Part shown: positions 62,328-64,000 of the stretch, piece after piece
How positions within the stretch are numbered: position 1 is the first letter of the stretch
Layout: each line of letters begins with the position of its first letter
NCBI GenBank assembly: GCA_037379345.1
Contig: CM074514.1
Location: 33,852,001 to 33,916,000 of the forward strand
Source: Perna viridis
Taxonomy: Eukaryota
Direction: 5' to 3'
Length of the DNA stretch: 64,000 bases
Notes under the pieces: model-generated
What the model was told of the DNA's origin: nothing
What the model saw: only the letters and a program-made list of their open reading frames with translations
Databases searched by the model: none
Position numbers and translations under genes: made by a program

Positions 62328-64000
62328 GATTAAATAGCGAAGATTGCTTAAACTGACACAAGGACAAACAACAAAAATGTAGTTCACTCAGGGAGCAGCA
62401 GGAATAAGTTTTTCATTTATTCAGCCTTGTCTATTCAGAATCAGAAAGTGCAGATTCAAAGAATTTTAGAAGAAATAAAATCCCTATTAGGGGGAGATCC
62501 AACCACCAGACTACACCCCCTGGTTTTTCCAATGAAATTTTGTTTCAAGAGATAATTGTGTGAAGGGATAACTCCTTTGTTATAACCATATAGCATGTTT
62601 AATTTTAGCAGGTGTAAAGTAGGGTGATTATATGGCAAAAAGATATATGAAGACCAATGGGTGACATTTTCATTCCGGTGGGGTTGTTGTCTCTTTGATA
62701 TACACCATACATATTCTCGTTATATGAAAAAAATATCTGTTTCTTCCTTTGGGGGATGTTAAGTGTTGTACTAAGTACTTAAGTACAGAGTGAATGTTAT
62801 GTGTGGAATATATTATATATTTTGGTATAGGAAGATCGACCAGTATAATACTGCAAAATTAGCACCCCACAAAAATTATCTGTGATATGGTAATATGTTT
62901 CCTAAGTATTGTTCTTGTTGGGATATTTTTTTCGTGGTTTGGCTCACTCATGAAAACCACAAAAATTGGTATCTCACGAAAAATAGTACTTTCACAGTAA
63001 TAAAAATTTGTAAAAATTAATTACTTTCTATATGTCTGTCTCCTTTTCAGACACACATATATTTAGGTTTACTCTGCAACTATTTCCACCATAGCTTGGG
63101 AGGTAAGAAAAGGCAAGTAAAAATTAATAAACCCCTCAGTCATGAACATTTCCTTACTCATTTTCTAAAATTCCATAATAACTCCAAGTATAAGAAAATA
63201 TTGTGTTTGTTTTGAAAAAAAAAATGTTTTTTAAAAAAAATTTTATTTTAAAATAAAAATTTTAAAAAATTTGGCCTAAAACAAATATGAACATATATAG
63301 AAGTACTTGATGGAATAGAAATTCTACACGAGATTTCTTTGTCTTTTGGATGTGTCAAACAAATTGAAATTATACAAAGATATTAATTTTTTTATCCCTT
63401 CAGACTAGTTAACACTCTGCCTGTAGCAAGTCGAAATTTTATATTATGGATTCACTTTTGAAGGCACCTTTGTTGAAAATCAATTTCCTCCTGGGTATAG
63501 AATTGTACTGTATTTACAATTGTGAAATTTCTCTATTGTTGAATAAGTACCAACTCTTTCCTGTTCAATATCTCTTTGTTGTGGCAGAAAATAAGTATTC
63601 ATGTTCTGATCCTCCTACTTTCCGTAACGTAAACAAATAATAGTAAAAGATTTTCTGCTATTCATTGAATATATTGACCAATAATTATATGACAAAAAAT
63701 CAATTAAGGAAAACATTTTTGGCAGTATCAAATTTTTCTGACGTCAAATTTTGTTTGAACACCTGACCCCTTGCGACATTGATCAGTGAGTTTCTGCCAC
63801 AAAGTCAGCTTTTCATTGTTTCTATATCGGGACTTAAGTGCCGGAGTCAAACTATTGTCTCAACTGTAAAATATTATTGACATATTTTTGAAAAGCTTTT
63901 CTTGTTTATGTTACTTTTAATTGATTTTGAAACAAAAGCTAGGGGATAATTGACTGAGACTATGGTCGGGAAGTCAGTTTCTAAAATTACATGAAATTGT

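Noticed and set aside
1-64000. Remaining 60-144 aa ORFs in the supplied track
   Set aside because: Many start at TTG/GTG, are F/L/I/K-biased as expected for AT-rich non-coding DNA, and show no recognisable domains or consistent splice context.

Overview
AT-rich, CpG-depleted animal genomic DNA; the repeat families point to a bivalve mollusc (inference). The + strand carries three internal exons (53005-53084, 57361-57438, 58890-59075) that splice in frame into a HAT-repeat segment I recognise as UTP6. I found no upstream UTP6 exon, so the preceding intron appears to be at least 53 kb. Nested antisense in that intron is an intact gene with a single coding exon (20210-21262, -). It encodes a 350-aa signal-peptide-less single-pass membrane protein with a motif-rich disordered tail (DSGxxS degron, NxxF, Tyr motifs, C-terminal S-V-V PDZ ligand). 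It has a splice acceptor at 21358-21359, a uORF whose stop overlaps the start codon, and candidate upstream 5' exons or recursive splice sites near 25.57 kb and 34.29 kb. The rest is intronic: 3' ends of a Naiad-like Penelope retroelement (two keep the RT C-terminus), Helentron-type elements, TA-, TTAA- and hAT-type MITEs (some nested), SINE fragments, minisatellites, a decayed ORF relic, and CpG-retaining, homeobox/Sox-motif-rich islands that look like enhancers. Family assignments come from recalled sequence features, not database searches.
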